From assembly GCF_009914755.1 (NCBI RefSeq), contig NC_060936.1: a stretch of 64,000 nt of DNA, one strand, 5' to 3'. The DNA is from the human T2T-CHM13v2.0 reference genome, Homo sapiens. The first letter of the stretch is position 1. Every line of letters starts with the position of its first letter. A model generated the notes under the pieces. The model was not told where the DNA came from. It did no database searches and saw only the letters and a program-made list of their open reading frames with translations. A program made the translations under genes and the position numbers. Shown here piece by piece: positions 30,627 to 45,694 of this stretch.

Positions 30627-32461
30627 TCTTTCCTTTTTTTTTGTATGAATTTATGGGGGACAAGTGTAATTTTGTTAAATGCATAGATTGCACAGTGGTG
30701 AAGTCAGGGCTTTTAGGTTATCCATTAAATAATTTCTCATCATCCAATCCCCACTCCCTCCCAGCTTTTTAAGGCCAACTTAAAAAGGGAAACCTGAGCA
30801 GTTATGAGTCACCATGTGTATATAGTAAAAACAACCCAATTGCTCAGAAGGAACACAGACATGGCTGATGCTAATGAAGATGAAAGTTACAAAGTTCCAT
30901 AAGAGGACATTGTATCATGAAAACAACAACATACTGATTATATAATAACTGACTTTTCTTAAGAGTGAAAGGGGAACTATTAGACACTATTCTGGGACAA
31001 CAGGTGTAAACGGGGACTACCTCCCCAAATCAAAATGTATGCCTACTTTGCATATAGTAATCATAACTACATGTTTTATGAAGATGTTTTATTATTGCAC
31101 CCCATAATACAAGCCAATCATTGAACACAAAATAGTACTTTAGTAAAAGCAGCTCTATTTGAGATTAACATATCCTGATTGGTTATAACTTTCAGCTGAT
31201 CTAGTCAAACGGTAGGTTTTAGAGCACCCTAGAGCAAACTCTAGGGTTCTTCAGGGTCTAGGGAGTTATAATTGGAGTGTCAACCAGGTGTAGGATAACA
31301 GGGGATGGTGAGTGAATATGAACAAAATCCATCTATTGCTGAATTTTGTTTCCGACTGACTAACCGGTGGGTATAATGGCATATCCATAATAGTATGCTT
31401 ATTTGATGTCTATGCCATCTGCATTAGACATTCAACAGATGTTTTTAAACATCAACTGGGCCTTCCTTTATACAACTAATTCTTGCTTGTGTTTGTCACT
31501 ATGTGGAAACCATTTAGGGAGGTATCCTATTACATTTTAATAATTTCTGAATTAATTCTTGACTTTTATAATGTAAGTAGTTCATTGTTTTTAACAGTAA
31601 ACATTACTGACTCAAATTTTCCTCTGTCCCTGGCTTCTGGATAAATCCTTTTTCTTGATCTTTTAGTAGAATGAGCTATTAAAAAAAAGCTCATTCAATC
31701 AGAGGCTACATTAGTGAAAGAACAGAATTCCAAACAAGGAAACTAACAGTTGAAGGAAGACAATGGGTCTCACCTTTGGTCAGACGCCATCTGGTGCAGG
31801 TCACTGTGGATGTCTGTTACTAAAGTGGGACACTGACGAAGTACTGGGCACCAAATGGCAACACTGCCATTTCTCATAATTTCCATGCCTCTTTTCAAAT
31901 TCCCATACCTCAATCCCACCACCCCCTTTATTGATGCTGTCAGATGACTTGGCCTCAGAGAACTCATCAGTTACTTCAAATCCCTTCAGATGTATCTGTT
32001 TCCACTTTGGCTAGTGGAAGAGGTGTTCCCTCTTCCTTTTCAAGACACATTCCTCCACTGGATGTCACCTCTTCAGCCTTCTCAGGAATCCTGTTTTATT
32101 ATTTGTTTACACTCTATTCTGTATCTTCTCTCCCTTTTTCTAGGCTCTTACTTGTCAACATAGAAAGGAGGTCAAGTGTCCTTTATCTTTAAATAAACCA
32201 GGCCCGCCCTTTACCCTCCAGCTTCTGCACTATCTCTCCTCTCCTCTTCACAGATTCTAAAAAAGGAGCCTCCAGGCATTATCTTCCTCCCTAACCTCCC
32301 ATCCATGCTGCCATCTCTTGCAATCTAGTTTCTGGTCCCTTTCACTACTCTGAAACAGCTCTAGCCCGGTGACTTCCTAGTTGCTAAATCCCAAGAACAA
32401 TTTTCTGTTATCCTCTCATAGCATTTGTGACTGTGGACTTCTTTTAAAACATTCTCCTCTC

Positions 32462-32549
32462 AATCGCTTGAACCCAGGAGGCAGAGGTTGCAGTGAGCCG
32501 AGATTGCACTACTGCACTCCAGCCTGGCAACAGAGCGAGACTCTGTCTC

Positions 32550-32580
<31 letters not shown>

Positions 32581-32605
32581 CCCAAAAAACCAAAACACCA
32601 AAAAC
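32462..32605 (+). mobile_element. 5'-truncated Alu (right-arm end)
   Basis: aatcgcttgaacccaggaggcagaggttgcagtgagccgag...ctctgtctca plus AC-rich tail. Confidence 0.9.
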
Positions 32606-32703
32606 AAACCACTTTCTCCTTTCTTAGTGTCTGGGACAGTACTATTTCTTGATTTTTCCTCTAACATGCCAGGGCATTCTTTCTCAGTTGACATTATGAG
32701 CTG

Positions 32704-33172
32704 TGTTAAAAGACAAAATCAACAAATTTAGCTTAAATACTTTAATTGCCTTTTATTTGCAATTTTATAATTGAGCAACACTGCATTCTATAAAACAAGA
32801 ATGAGTGTTCCGATGAGCTGAGCAGAGGAATTGGCTTTATAGACAGAAACAGGCTGAAGAAAGCAGAAACAGAGAACAAAAAGCAGATTGGTTGTTTCAA
32901 AGTTACTTTTCTTATAGGGTTAAAATAGAGGGAACTTCTTTAGCATGGCAAATCAAGTAAACCAGGCCCGTTTTGATTGGTTGCTATGAATTTCCTGTTT
33001 TTTATTTTTACTTTTTATTTATTTATTTATTTTGAAAAACTGGCCTGTTTTAGAGTTCAGTTTGATTATGTGGCACCTAGCATGATTGACTCCATTATAG
33101 TTTGGTCTGGTCTACTGGGGCGCAGTGTAGGAGGCTAGTCCAAAACAATGTCTCCTATAAGTTTTATATAAC
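32704..33172 (-). mobile_element. ERV1 solo LTR (MER31/MER67/MER93-like, unresolved)
   Basis: TG...CA-bounded ~470 bp; minus strand begins tgttatataaaacttataggagacattgttttggactag. Confidence 0.6.
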
Positions 33173-34039
33173 AGTGATTTGATCATCCCTTAATGCAGAC
33201 CGTCCTCTATACACGATAAGCATGATGGCTTCAACTAAAACCTGTCAACAAATCCCAAATCTGCAGCTTTGGGCCAGTTCTAGGCTCCTGATCTGAATAT
33301 TAAAGTGCCTAGCCTTCCTGAAGCTCAACATGTCTATAACTGAACTTACTGGCACCCTCTCCTCCATGCATTTTCCCTATGAACTAATGTCATCACCTTT
33401 ATTCACTTATTCAAGACAGTCATTTGAGAATTAACTTTGATACTTCCTCTTCCTTTCCTCCTACATCTACATCTAATTGGTCATTAAGTCTTAATTCTCT
33501 CTTGAATCAGTCTCCTGCTCTCCTACATCACTGCCCTAATTTAGGACAGTTGTCAGTAGGAACATAGTAATAACATTCTAACTGGTTTTCCCACCTTTCT
33601 CCTGCCTTCTTTGTCTACACCACTGCCAGAGAGACTTTCCAAAGTTGAAAGTTTAATTGTGCAGAATCTTTTCGATCATTCCCCATTACCTTCATGACAC
33701 ATTCTTAGTTACTTAGGATGGCATCCAAGGCCATTTGTATTCTAGCTTTGCTGAAAGTAGTCAATCTAAACTACTGAAGTCCCCTGATTAACACCATGCT
33801 CTCTAACCTCTTTCCCTAAGTTGCCTGTGTCTTTCCCACCCCCACTATTTAGTCCAAATCAACACTGAGTTCAGAGCTCACCTCCTGTAGAGTGTTTCCT
33901 TAGCCTCCCCAGCTACGATTAGGTGCCCCTCTGGTATATTTTCACAGCACCCTGTGTTTACTTCTGTTAGGGCACTCAAATCAACCCTGAAACTGCTAAT
34001 TTACATATCTGGACCCCAGTTTTAAACCATATGAATAAT

Positions 34040-34205
34040 AATACTTAGCGTTCGTTGAAAGCTGTGTACTAGGCTTTGTATTAAGTACACTGCATGCATT
34101 ATTTAATCCTCATGACAAACCTTAGAAAGTAGGAACTAATACTACCCTCAACTTGCAGGTGAAGAAACTGAGCATAGAGTGGTTAAGAAACTTCCGCATG
34201 TTGCA
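34040..34205 (-). mobile_element. MIR
   Basis: atttaatcctcatgacaaacc...caggtgaagaaactgagcatagagtggttaag. Confidence 0.75.
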
Positions 34206-34391
34206 GAATTATATCTTAATGTTTTTGGAAGGCAAGGATCATGTACTATACGTGTATGAGGAGAATGTGGCAAAGTCTGGCACGTGGTAGTGCTTCAATA
34301 AAGGTTTACGGGTCAAATAAACAAATGAAGAGCTCAGAGGACAAACCTGTGACAAACGAACAGAAATTAAAAAGCAGCAGATTTTAGTTTA

Positions 34392-34700
<309 letters not shown>

Positions 34701-35676
34701 TTTAAATTAAAGGAGAAAGAACTTTATATTAGTTAGACCACCCAGTGGAATGGATTTCTCAAAAAACAGGTACATATAGCACTTATCATACTGAAGAGTA
34801 TTTATACATTTGCATTTCCCCCCTTGTGAGTAGGGAGTATTTCAGCTTTTATTTTTATTTTTATAATAATTTTATTTTATTGCTTTTATTGCTCAGGATC
34901 TAGCCAAGGGCTAGAGATGCTCAGCAGTGTTTGTTGAACTGAACTGGTCTGAATTTAAAACCCCTACAAACTAAAAGTGGGCATTTTTAGTAGAAGTTTA
35001 ACTCTCATTGTTCTTTATTTCTTCCCACTATTCTGCATTTCTTTCAAAAGAACTTTGAGAATAAAGAGAGGACAGGAAAAAAGTTTAGAGACTTCATTTG
35101 CTGCTAGCAAAATTTCCATTAGAAAGTCAGTAAGGGCAGGGAATGTGTCTTTTTATCACTGTGTCCTTAGCCTAGCACATAGTAGCCAATCAATAAATAC
35201 TTGTTGGATGAAACACACACACATACAGACAGACACACCCCAACAGTGTGCTCTTTACTCCCAGATGGGACCCATGGAAATATATCCCATAGAAGGAATG
35301 TCTACATAAGGTGAGAGATTGGACTAGATCAGTTTTATCACACTGGAAAACTAGTTAAATTATTCACATTGGATCCCAAAGTGAAAGAAAAGAGAAGGAA
35401 AGAGAAGAAAAGCACTAAATCTCAATTGTCATTCCCAAAGCTGAGGCAAGACTTAAGTAGTAGAAATCTTCCTCAAATACCCATAGCAGGTAGTAAAAAA
35501 ACAGCAGGCTGCATGACCTCTGCAGTCCCTGACAAATTTAAGATTATTTCATTCTCATTTATGGATCCTAAATATCCAACTGAGAGGCTGTATTTCAAGA
35601 CACTGATTGCTAGGTCTAGAATTCTTTAAAAATTATTCTCAGCAATAAGGATATAGCTATACAAAGAGAGACAGAA

Positions 35677-35885
35677 GCCTGGGCAACATAATAAGACCCT
35701 GTCTCTAAAAAATGTAAAAAAATTATCCAGACGTGGTGGTGCATGCCTGTGGTCACAGCTACTCTGGAGACTGAGGTGGGAGGATTGCTTGAGCCTGGAA
35801 GGTCAAGATCATAACACTGTATTCCAGTCCGGGTGACAGAATGAGATCCTGTCTCAAAAATAATAATAAAATAAAATAAAAATAG
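35677..35885 (+). mobile_element. 5'-truncated AluJ
   Basis: agcctgggcaacata...gagatcctgtctca plus A-rich tail. Confidence 0.85.
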
Positions 35886-36908
35886 AAAGAGAGAAATTAT
35901 TAACCAAATGGAGTTTATATCATTCTAATGGACTATGGGTTGGGAGACAAATGATAAACAAGCTATTTTAGATAAGAGTGTCCAGAGAAGGTACCAAGAG
36001 ACCAGGAAGTGGCAAAATTAAAGAAACATCATGACAGTGGTTACATCTTAAAATGCTAGGCTCTGCAGTCATTGGTACTAGTTAATGGGGCCTTAGAGTA
36101 ATTTTTGACACTAACTTGTTAACACTTCGAAGATCTATTCTTTTCTGAGTGTCCTACTATCTAAATTCCCCATATATGTTGTTTCTAACTGCTCCCGCTT
36201 CTTCACTGGTTTCCAGCTTTCCTCTCCTCTGGGCATATACAAATGACTAAAATTTTCCCTTTTCAAAAATCATCAACAAATCTGTTAAGAAGCATATGTC
36301 AGTTTTCTGTCATCTATCTAATTTTTATTCCTGTTTTATCTCTCTCAAGTCTACTGCTAAACTATTCTAACCATTCATTAGAGTCTCTCTTCTTCATTCC
36401 TTCAGTAAACCAGAATAATCTCTTTTTATATTTACCAAGCACCCTTCCTCTCCTCATTTAAAAATCCTGATTTTCTCTTTCCTCTATGAAATTTTTCCTA
36501 ACTTAGTAGAAATAAGGTTAAGCATTAACATATTAGCAAATATACAATTACAGCCAGGATTTGAAAGTTATGTCATAAAACAGTAAAATATGGAGAAAAT
36601 GATTACAACTAGATTTTACATGTTTTATATTCAAATTGGTTTATCAATGTTTATATTTCTCTTTAGCTTGAGTACGAGACCTCAAGACACAGACTATTTT
36701 TTTGAGCTATATTTCATGATTTCTAGCACCGGCCCTAATTAACATTAGATGTCTTGATAGGCTTCAGATCCAAATGATGGAGATAATTGTCTGCCATTGT
36801 GGAGTCAATATATAAGAATCACAAATACCTCCACGCGGTATTATTTCCTCGCAAAGAACCCTAAAGACCAATATTTGCTTTTAAAAATGTAGCTCTTAAA
36901 TAAAGGCT

Positions 36909-36989
36909 TGGTGGATACTCTGGGCACACTGCCTGTGTAGTAGCCCTGCTCTGTAAGGAGCAGTTAAAAAAATTAATTAAAAAAAAAAA
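36909..36989 (+). mobile_element. Short A-tailed retroposed sequence (~57-nt body), source RNA unidentified
   Basis: GC-rich body, 24-nt A-rich tail, flanking aaataaaggct / aaaaaaaggct. Confidence 0.6.
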
Positions 36990-37881
36990 GGCTATCACTC
37001 ACAGCAAAAAAATATTTTTAGAAGTCCAATGAGGCTGAATGTTCTTTATGACCACCATATGTATATCTTCCAACCTAGACCATTTCCCTCTGGGATACAC
37101 TTTCAGTAGTTATCACTTCAAATTTAAGGAATACTTTGTACCTAGGGTTCTCAATTAATCATATTCAGTAGGATATTTTTTCCCAATTTTAAAGATAAAT
37201 AATATTAGAAATATGAAATCACTCATTCAATATTTCAAAGTAAAGTAGTATTGGAGCTAGTAAGATCCAGAACTCTTATTTTTGTTTTGGACAACTCTTG
37301 TATATTTAAATATTTACTATTCTTAAATATTAACTATTACTGTTGTATATTTAAATATTTATATAGTATAAATTATATACAAAAGAAAGCATTTAAGCTC
37401 TAGGGTTTGATCATATTGAAATAAATATAAATCTGCTTACTTTATGCAAGGAGCATATGAGAAATATCCAAATGTTTTATAACATTTTCCTTTAACTGTA
37501 ATAAATGACTATGCTGGAAAAAACAATTATTTTATAGTGCAGGGTCTCAGGGAACATTAATCTTATTTCAAGTAAAAGCATTTTATCTTTTTATAGCTGA
37601 TTTAATAATCTGTGAGTGACTAGATGAAATACCATACACAAATGTGCCTGGCACAGGGTAGGTACTCTGTGCACGTGATCAGATCTAAATGTAGAATCTA
37701 TTCTTTATGGATAAGTCACATGATCCAGGATTTCTTCTGCTCAGACACCCAGATGCCATGATAGAATCCAGAGGTGATTACAGCTAGATACCAAATCAAT
37801 AAACATTCAAATGTTTTCAATGTTTTTCACTACCATGTGTGTCTGAGCCAACTTTAAAACAAATAGATACTTTTTCTTATA

Positions 37882-38224
37882 CAGTCATGCATCACTTAAT
37901 GATGACCATACATTTTGAGAAATGCATCATTAGGCAATTTTGTCATTATGGAAACACAGAGTGTACTTACACAAACCTAGATGGTATAGCCTACTACCCA
38001 CCAAGACTATATCGTAGAGCCTATTGCTCTGAGGCTACAACCTGTACAGCATGTTACTGTACTGAATACTGTAGGCAATTGTACCACCATGGTAAGTATT
38101 TGCACATCTAAACATAGCTAAACATAGAAAAGGTACAGTAAAAATATAATAGTATAATTTCTTGGGACTCTGCCATAAATATGGTCCATAATTGACTGAA
38201 ATGTCATTGTGGGACACATGACTG
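37882..38224 (+). mobile_element. Complete Tigger3a/MER7-type element
   Basis: TIRs cagtcatg...catgactg, TA on both sides, homologous to 8223-9310. Confidence 0.88.
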
Positions 38225-38371
38225 TATATATTTATCATAAATGATAGTAGTTCGCAGTTAGTTTCTGTAACACCTACATTCTATCTGGTTCAAGTTCATT
38301 AAAAAAAATACAGTCATGCTTCACTTAATAACGTTTGGCTTACATAAATTCAAAGATGGCTGGCATCTTAG

Positions 38372-39715
<1,344 letters not shown>

Positions 39716-42104
39716 AGCAGTCATTTCAAAGAGGCCCCCCATGGCAAAACATTTACTGAAATATGTCCTGTTGTAACGAAGAATGACCCACACATAGAGT
39801 ATGTTATGAGTCTTGGAAATCGATCAAGTTCTCTCAATTGTACTGCAATATTCCTTATATCTACTCTGTTTTCTCATTCTGTTAATGAACCCCTTGCTTC
39901 CAGTTTCCTGTTTTGTCATGATAGTGGTTTACTACATTCCTTACAAGTCACCTCCTGTTCTCAATCTCTGTCAAGACAACTGTTTTCACCAGTTGTGAAT
40001 AAGCAATAATTCTAAAAGTTAAACATATGTTTAAACAGTCAAATCTGTATCTATCTGCAATTATCTATAATAGTGTAATTCCCCTTCATGTATTTTCATA
40101 TGCTTGAATGGGATGGAATTCACTGCAGGAAAGCCTAGGGCCCAGGAATTGTACATAACCCTGCACATGTGTATGTCTATCATTTGTGTAGCACAAGAAA
40201 AATGACTGAGAATAATATAATCTTTGGGAAAAAAGTCCAAATCCCAGATTGGCCTCAATACAGCTTTCTGGCTTCTTTTTCGCCCTCACTCCCACAAAAT
40301 GGGCTCATTCAGTGGGCCATTCACCATTCCCAAAGCATGCCATACACTTTTGTGCCTCTGGGTCTTTGAATATCCTAGCCCTCCCTTCCCCATTAATCAG
40401 AACAATGAACATTCTTACTTTAAGACACACTATTCTTATAAAGCTTCCAGACTTCTCCAGGCAGAGCCAATACCTGCATCATACTCCTTGATCATACTAT
40501 AGTAGAATTACTCCTATGTCCACTCCTCCTTCCCACCACTCATGAACTCCAAAACTTAAGGCACTGTGCCTTCTTCAAACAGCTTCTTATCTTAGCACAT
40601 TGCTTGGCTAACATTGTCACATCCATGGTAGTTTGAATGGAGATAGAAAAAAAGTAACAGCAACAAAACATCTGGTTCTAAGGGATATTAAAGAACTCTC
40701 CAGTTGTTTATAAGACTTGCTCATTTAAGCTACTGCATGAACCTCTAATTTAAAAGAGCATCAAGGCAGGAAGTCTTGAAATTTCCATTAGTAACACTTT
40801 TCTGTATCAAATAGTCCTTGTTAAAAGTTTTCTTTTACAAAGAAATTCTCATAAAATTCTGCAAAAAGGATGCTCAAATTGCCAAAATATGAGTTTCACA
40901 ATACCTATTAAGGGTCCTCTAAAAAGCATTATAATCTAATTAAGAACACGTTTTACCAGACATTCCCAATGTGTCTATCTTAAACTGATTTAATGATTAG
41001 ATAGCAGTATTCTTGCTGGTTTTCTTTTCCTCTAAACTCAAATAATTCCTTCATATATTTTCTATTTCCTATTTGCTTCTGACGCTTTATTATAGATTAT
41101 GGTCTTCAGTATGGATTAGATCCCCAACTGCAATATACAAAACTCTTTGATTATCTTAAACGCCCCTAAATCTCTAAGGAATCTGCAAATTTCTCTTTCT
41201 ACTAATAAGAAAGATGGCAAAATTCTCTACATTCCCCATAAATAGGTATCATACTTGATAACTGAGACTTCTCCAAATGTCCTTGCTTCATGGATCTGAA
41301 GACCTATTACTACTTGCACAGCAGTGGAGTTCCTTCATTTTGTAAATGTGTACTTAAATGCTCTTTAGCACATCCAGTAAATTCTGAAGAACTACAAGAA
41401 GTCTCTGGCAGATGAGGCAGGAAACCTATGGGAAAGCATTTGGAGAAGCTCTATAACATGAAGTAACAGGAAAGAGTCGGGGAGATGCTGCAAATTCTGG
41501 GAAACTATATGAACTCTAGAAAGCAGTGGGAACATAAGTAGATAAATTATCTTTTTGGGAGGTAGGAGTTGAGAGTGAAGTAGAAGACTATGAAAAAAGT
41601 TTCAGATTCCCAGAGGGGTAAATGTTGAAGTGAAATGAAATGAATCAGAATACCCTGATTTCTCTACCTCACAGTTTTGAAATGCTTCATGGTCTATGAA
41701 CAGATCTTTTATAAGGTTAGGTCTACAACTTTTCAACAGATAAAAATAGCTGATCACCATCTTAAAATATGAACCTGTAAAATAGTGTCCATTTTAAAAT
41801 GTTCTATTTCTTCCAAGTATAGAGAAGAAAAACAAATATGCATGAAAATACACAAGTTATTTCATAATAACTAACTTTATCAAATCAGGAGCTTATTAGG
41901 TTTGCATTACAAATTGACTCTCAACAGTTATATTAAATTTATATTAATATATTCAATAATATATATTGAGCATTATATTGGTTATATGCAAGATGGGATT
42001 ACAAAGAATGAGTACAGACCCTTGTCCTCAAGGAGCTCACACTCTAGTAAAGGATTGGGCACTTCTGGTTTTAGACACTTGAGTTCAATTTTTAACAATA
42101 TTTA

Positions 42105-42652
42105 GACCAGCATTTTCCAGTATTTTCCTTGGAACACCAATCCTAGTAAAAAGGTAGGTTGATTTAGAAAATAGAATATACCCAGAGGATAACATAGGAG
42201 GACATTAAAGGCACTGAGAAGTCTTGTAGTAAAGAACTCTAACTTTGCTTAACTTGGCATTTCTCAAAGTTATGTAACTGCATATATATGTATATATATG
42301 TGTATATATGTATACATATGTGTATATATGTATACATATATACGCATATGTGTATACATATATGTGTATATACATATATATGCATGTGTGTATATACATA
42401 TATGCATCTATGTGTATATATACATAGTGTATATATGTATACACATGTGTGCATATATGTGTATATATACATAGATGTGTACACACATACATGTATACAC
42501 ACATATGTGTGCATATGCGTGTATATGTGTATACATGTATACACACATATATATGTGTATATAATATATGTGTGTATACATATATTTAACTCAACACCTA
42601 TAAACAGATCATGGCACATTTTGGGAAATACTGGTTTGGACACACAATTTCA
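42105..42652. mobile_element. hAT-Charlie MITE (MER112-like) split by a simple repeat
   Basis: Inverted ends cagcattttcc / gggaaatactg; internal ctgagaagtcttgtagtaaagaa. Confidence 0.45.
42280..42585. repeat. Compound (TA/TG/CA)n alternating purine-pyrimidine repeat, ~300 bp
   Basis: Directly visible. Confidence 0.95.
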
Positions 42653-43069
42653 AAGATGCGTTTTTAAGTGTTTCCAAAGGCACTGAAAACACAAACTTTT
42701 AACACCTTTCACATTTTTGGAATACAAAAGAACAAGTTAGTACATTTATTGGGAAAGTATTCTGAAATAATTTGAGGCATGGGATTAAGGGATACAGAGG
42801 GAATAACAAATAGAATAGCTTCTAAAACCACAACTATCTATAACTGTAAGTTATGCTTGATAAAGACTAAAAATAGCCCTGAAATTTTTGAAACAGATGA
42901 CTGACATATATAATTTTATTAAAATCTGTCTTATCTGAATATAGACTGTTGAGACTGTTTCAAAAAAAATCTTAATCTGAGATAAATTTTACTTCTATTC
43001 TTAATTACATGTAGAGGCAAGACATTATATGCTCCATATTCCATTTGTTAGCATTATCTTTCTGTCCTT

Positions 43070-43360
43070 TTTCTCTTTATTTTCTGATACAGGGCCTTGC
43101 TGTGTCATCCAAGCTGGAGTGCAGTGGTGCCATCACAGCTCACTGTAGCCCTGAACTCCTGGGCTCAAGCAATCCTCCCGCCTCAGTCTACTGAGTAGCT
43201 GGGACTACAGCTGCGAGCCACCAGGAATGGCTGATCTTTCCGTAGAGATCGGGATCTTGCTTCGTCACTCAGGCTGGTCTTGAACTCCTGGCCTCAAGCA
43301 ATCCTCCTACCTCAGCCTCCCCAAGTTTGGGATTACAGGGATGAGCCAGTATGCCTGGCC
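43070..43360 (-). mobile_element. AluJ
   Basis: Reverse Alu consensus. Confidence 0.88.
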
Positions 43361-44251
43361 CTTTCTGTCCTTTTCTGAATTTTAAGTTTGTACCTACTCT
43401 TCTCTCTTGATGCTAGCTAATGGAAATCTGATATTTAGACACTTCTAATTGCTGTTTTCTTAAAATAAAAAAAAAAACCAGCAATATCAAAAGGGGAAAA
43501 TGTCCCCTCTTCCCTAAAGCTGCAGAAAAGCAAATAGAATTCTATTCTATATCATAAAACTGGGTTTAAAAATATTATTTCAAGTAAAATAGTCTTCCTG
43601 GACGCCTGGATTTCAGTGTTGCTATATTCTGTGAAAAATAACGTAAGTTTAAAGTCTATAATTCTGATTAGTTGTCTGAATAATTTGTTGTCTTGTTAAT
43701 AATATTTAAAATAACATTCTGATTCCTGAAAGTTGCCTTTGCAAATTTATTTGTTAAACTGAGAAAAAAAGATTCATGGCACAACCCCTTTCTTGCAAAT
43801 ATATGGTCACACACGTATTTTGTTATGTATTATTTATTATTGAAAGAGTTTCGTTAAATCTCATTTAAATTAGTAATTGGTGCTATGACCAAAACAAAAC
43901 ACTGTATAATATTGAAGAGGGAACTGGCAGCTTGGAGAAAAAAACCAAATTGGCTTCTAGACATGCAGTCTGTTCTTAAGACAAAGTAGTAAAAAATTTT
44001 GCTTTCTCCATATTCTTCCTAGGTGGCAGAAAGTGCTGTCCTCACCTGAGATGATACTTTAACTTCTGAAAAGTCATAAATGACTGATGCTCCTCAAGCT
44101 TTTGGGTAGTTCTTGATTGTAGACAATTGTAAAAACAATAAACATTCCTCGCTTCTGGAGGAGCTAAAATATCTAGTCCTTAGTCTCCTCTGCTGTGGAT
44201 ATTACAAAATACTGTTATCGTTACTAAACTAAGGCTGTGGTGATTTCTTCA

Positions 44252-44404
44252 TGTTTTTATTTTTAATTTTATTCTTAGTAGAGATAAGGTCTTGCTATGT
44301 TGCTCAGGCTGGTCTCAAACTCCTGGGTTCAAGGGATCTTCCCACCTGAGCCTACCAAAGTGCTAGGATTATACAGACGTAGGCATGAGCCACTGTGCCT
44401 GGCC
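44252..44404 (-). mobile_element. Alu left monomer (FLAM-like)
   Basis: gtagagataaggtcttgctatgttgctcaggctgg...ccactgtgcctggcc. Confidence 0.85.
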
Positions 44405-45694
44405 CATGTGGTGACTTCTTCACAGGCATTGTTGCTCTTATATTTATTAACTGATTTCCTCTGATAACTCATTCACTTGTTACTATTAAGATCAGGTCAC
44501 AAACTAAACAAATAGAGAATTAACATAATAAATAAAATCATCCCTCCGGGGAGCTCTCTGTAAATATTCAGGTTAATATCATATATGTGTTGTTCATAAG
44601 TTTTAGTGATTATGTATACTTTTGTAGGATGGGTAGAAAACATACTTAACATATTTGAAAGCTGAAACAATGAGTATTGGCAAAAGTCTTTATTGTTAGA
44701 TTTGGAATAGCATTTTGCCTATTTATAATAACCAGGGAATACACTTTATAACACAGATTGTAAAAGTAGTTTATAACTCCTTGAGATTTTGTAAAGCATT
44801 TGATACCTCTCCATCTAGAATCAATAGGCAAAGTATAACACCAAGATGGGATTCTAAAGACACTGAAGTGGCCAGGTACACTGTTCATTTTTCTTAAGAA
44901 ATCTTCAGCAGCAAGGATTGGATTTTGCAGGTTCATGAGTGGAAGACAGAGCCTGAAACTCACCTGCGGGGGCCCTTTTCAAGTCTTCCTGAGTACTTGT
45001 CAGGTACAAAGGTCCTCTGTCTTGAATCTATGCTTTAAGATGTTCATCTTGTCTATCAAACAATTTCTTATTACTAATCTTTGGTTTCTCGCAGTGTCTA
45101 GAAGAAAGGTTCCTGGACACTTCCTACTTGAGTCACCAGACTAGTAGTACAGCTTACAAATAGCTTCTGGTAGTGCTGAGACTATCTAGACAGCAGGTCG
45201 ACCTCCTGTCCTAACCCTGGCTTGTAAGGAAAATTCAACCCCGTGTTTTAGACATGTCCAAAAAACTTTCCAGATATGCTCCAAATGAGTCCATCATGAA
45301 GCAACTAAAATTTTCAGAAGATAGCATTTAACTTGCCCATCTGTTAGTAAGGTCTTGCCTCTGACCTCATTCGATGGTTCCTAACTAGTAATTTGTCTCC
45401 CTTAAATACAGTCTAACTTTTACTTTCATGCATTGAGGATTGGCCTTGGCCACTTCTGAACTGGGTCCAAAGACTACATTAGTTTAAGGCAGATCTACTG
45501 ATCTGAAAATCTTTCTGGAGGGAATCTATTTAGTCACTTTCTTTCTGGAAAATAAATCCTTACCTGAGACCTGTCACTCAAAACAAGAGAAAGCAGGACT
45601 GCTAATTTCTTTCATAAAAAAAAAAGACTGGCAAATGAGCACCACTAGAATGACAGGTGCATGACATTAAGCAAGCACTGTGAGGATTGCTTCT

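Larger units (their letters stand above)
31900..34330 (+). mobile_element. Long L2 remnant with Alu, LTR and MIR insertions
   Basis: L2 phrases (caatctagtttctggtcccttcactactctgaaacagctct; aagctcaacatgtctataactgaact; ctggcacgtggtagtgcttcaataaa). Confidence 0.7.

Noticed and set aside
42205-42686. Tyr/Ile/His/Cys-rich ORFs of 113-134 aa
   Set aside because: Translations of a dinucleotide-type repeat
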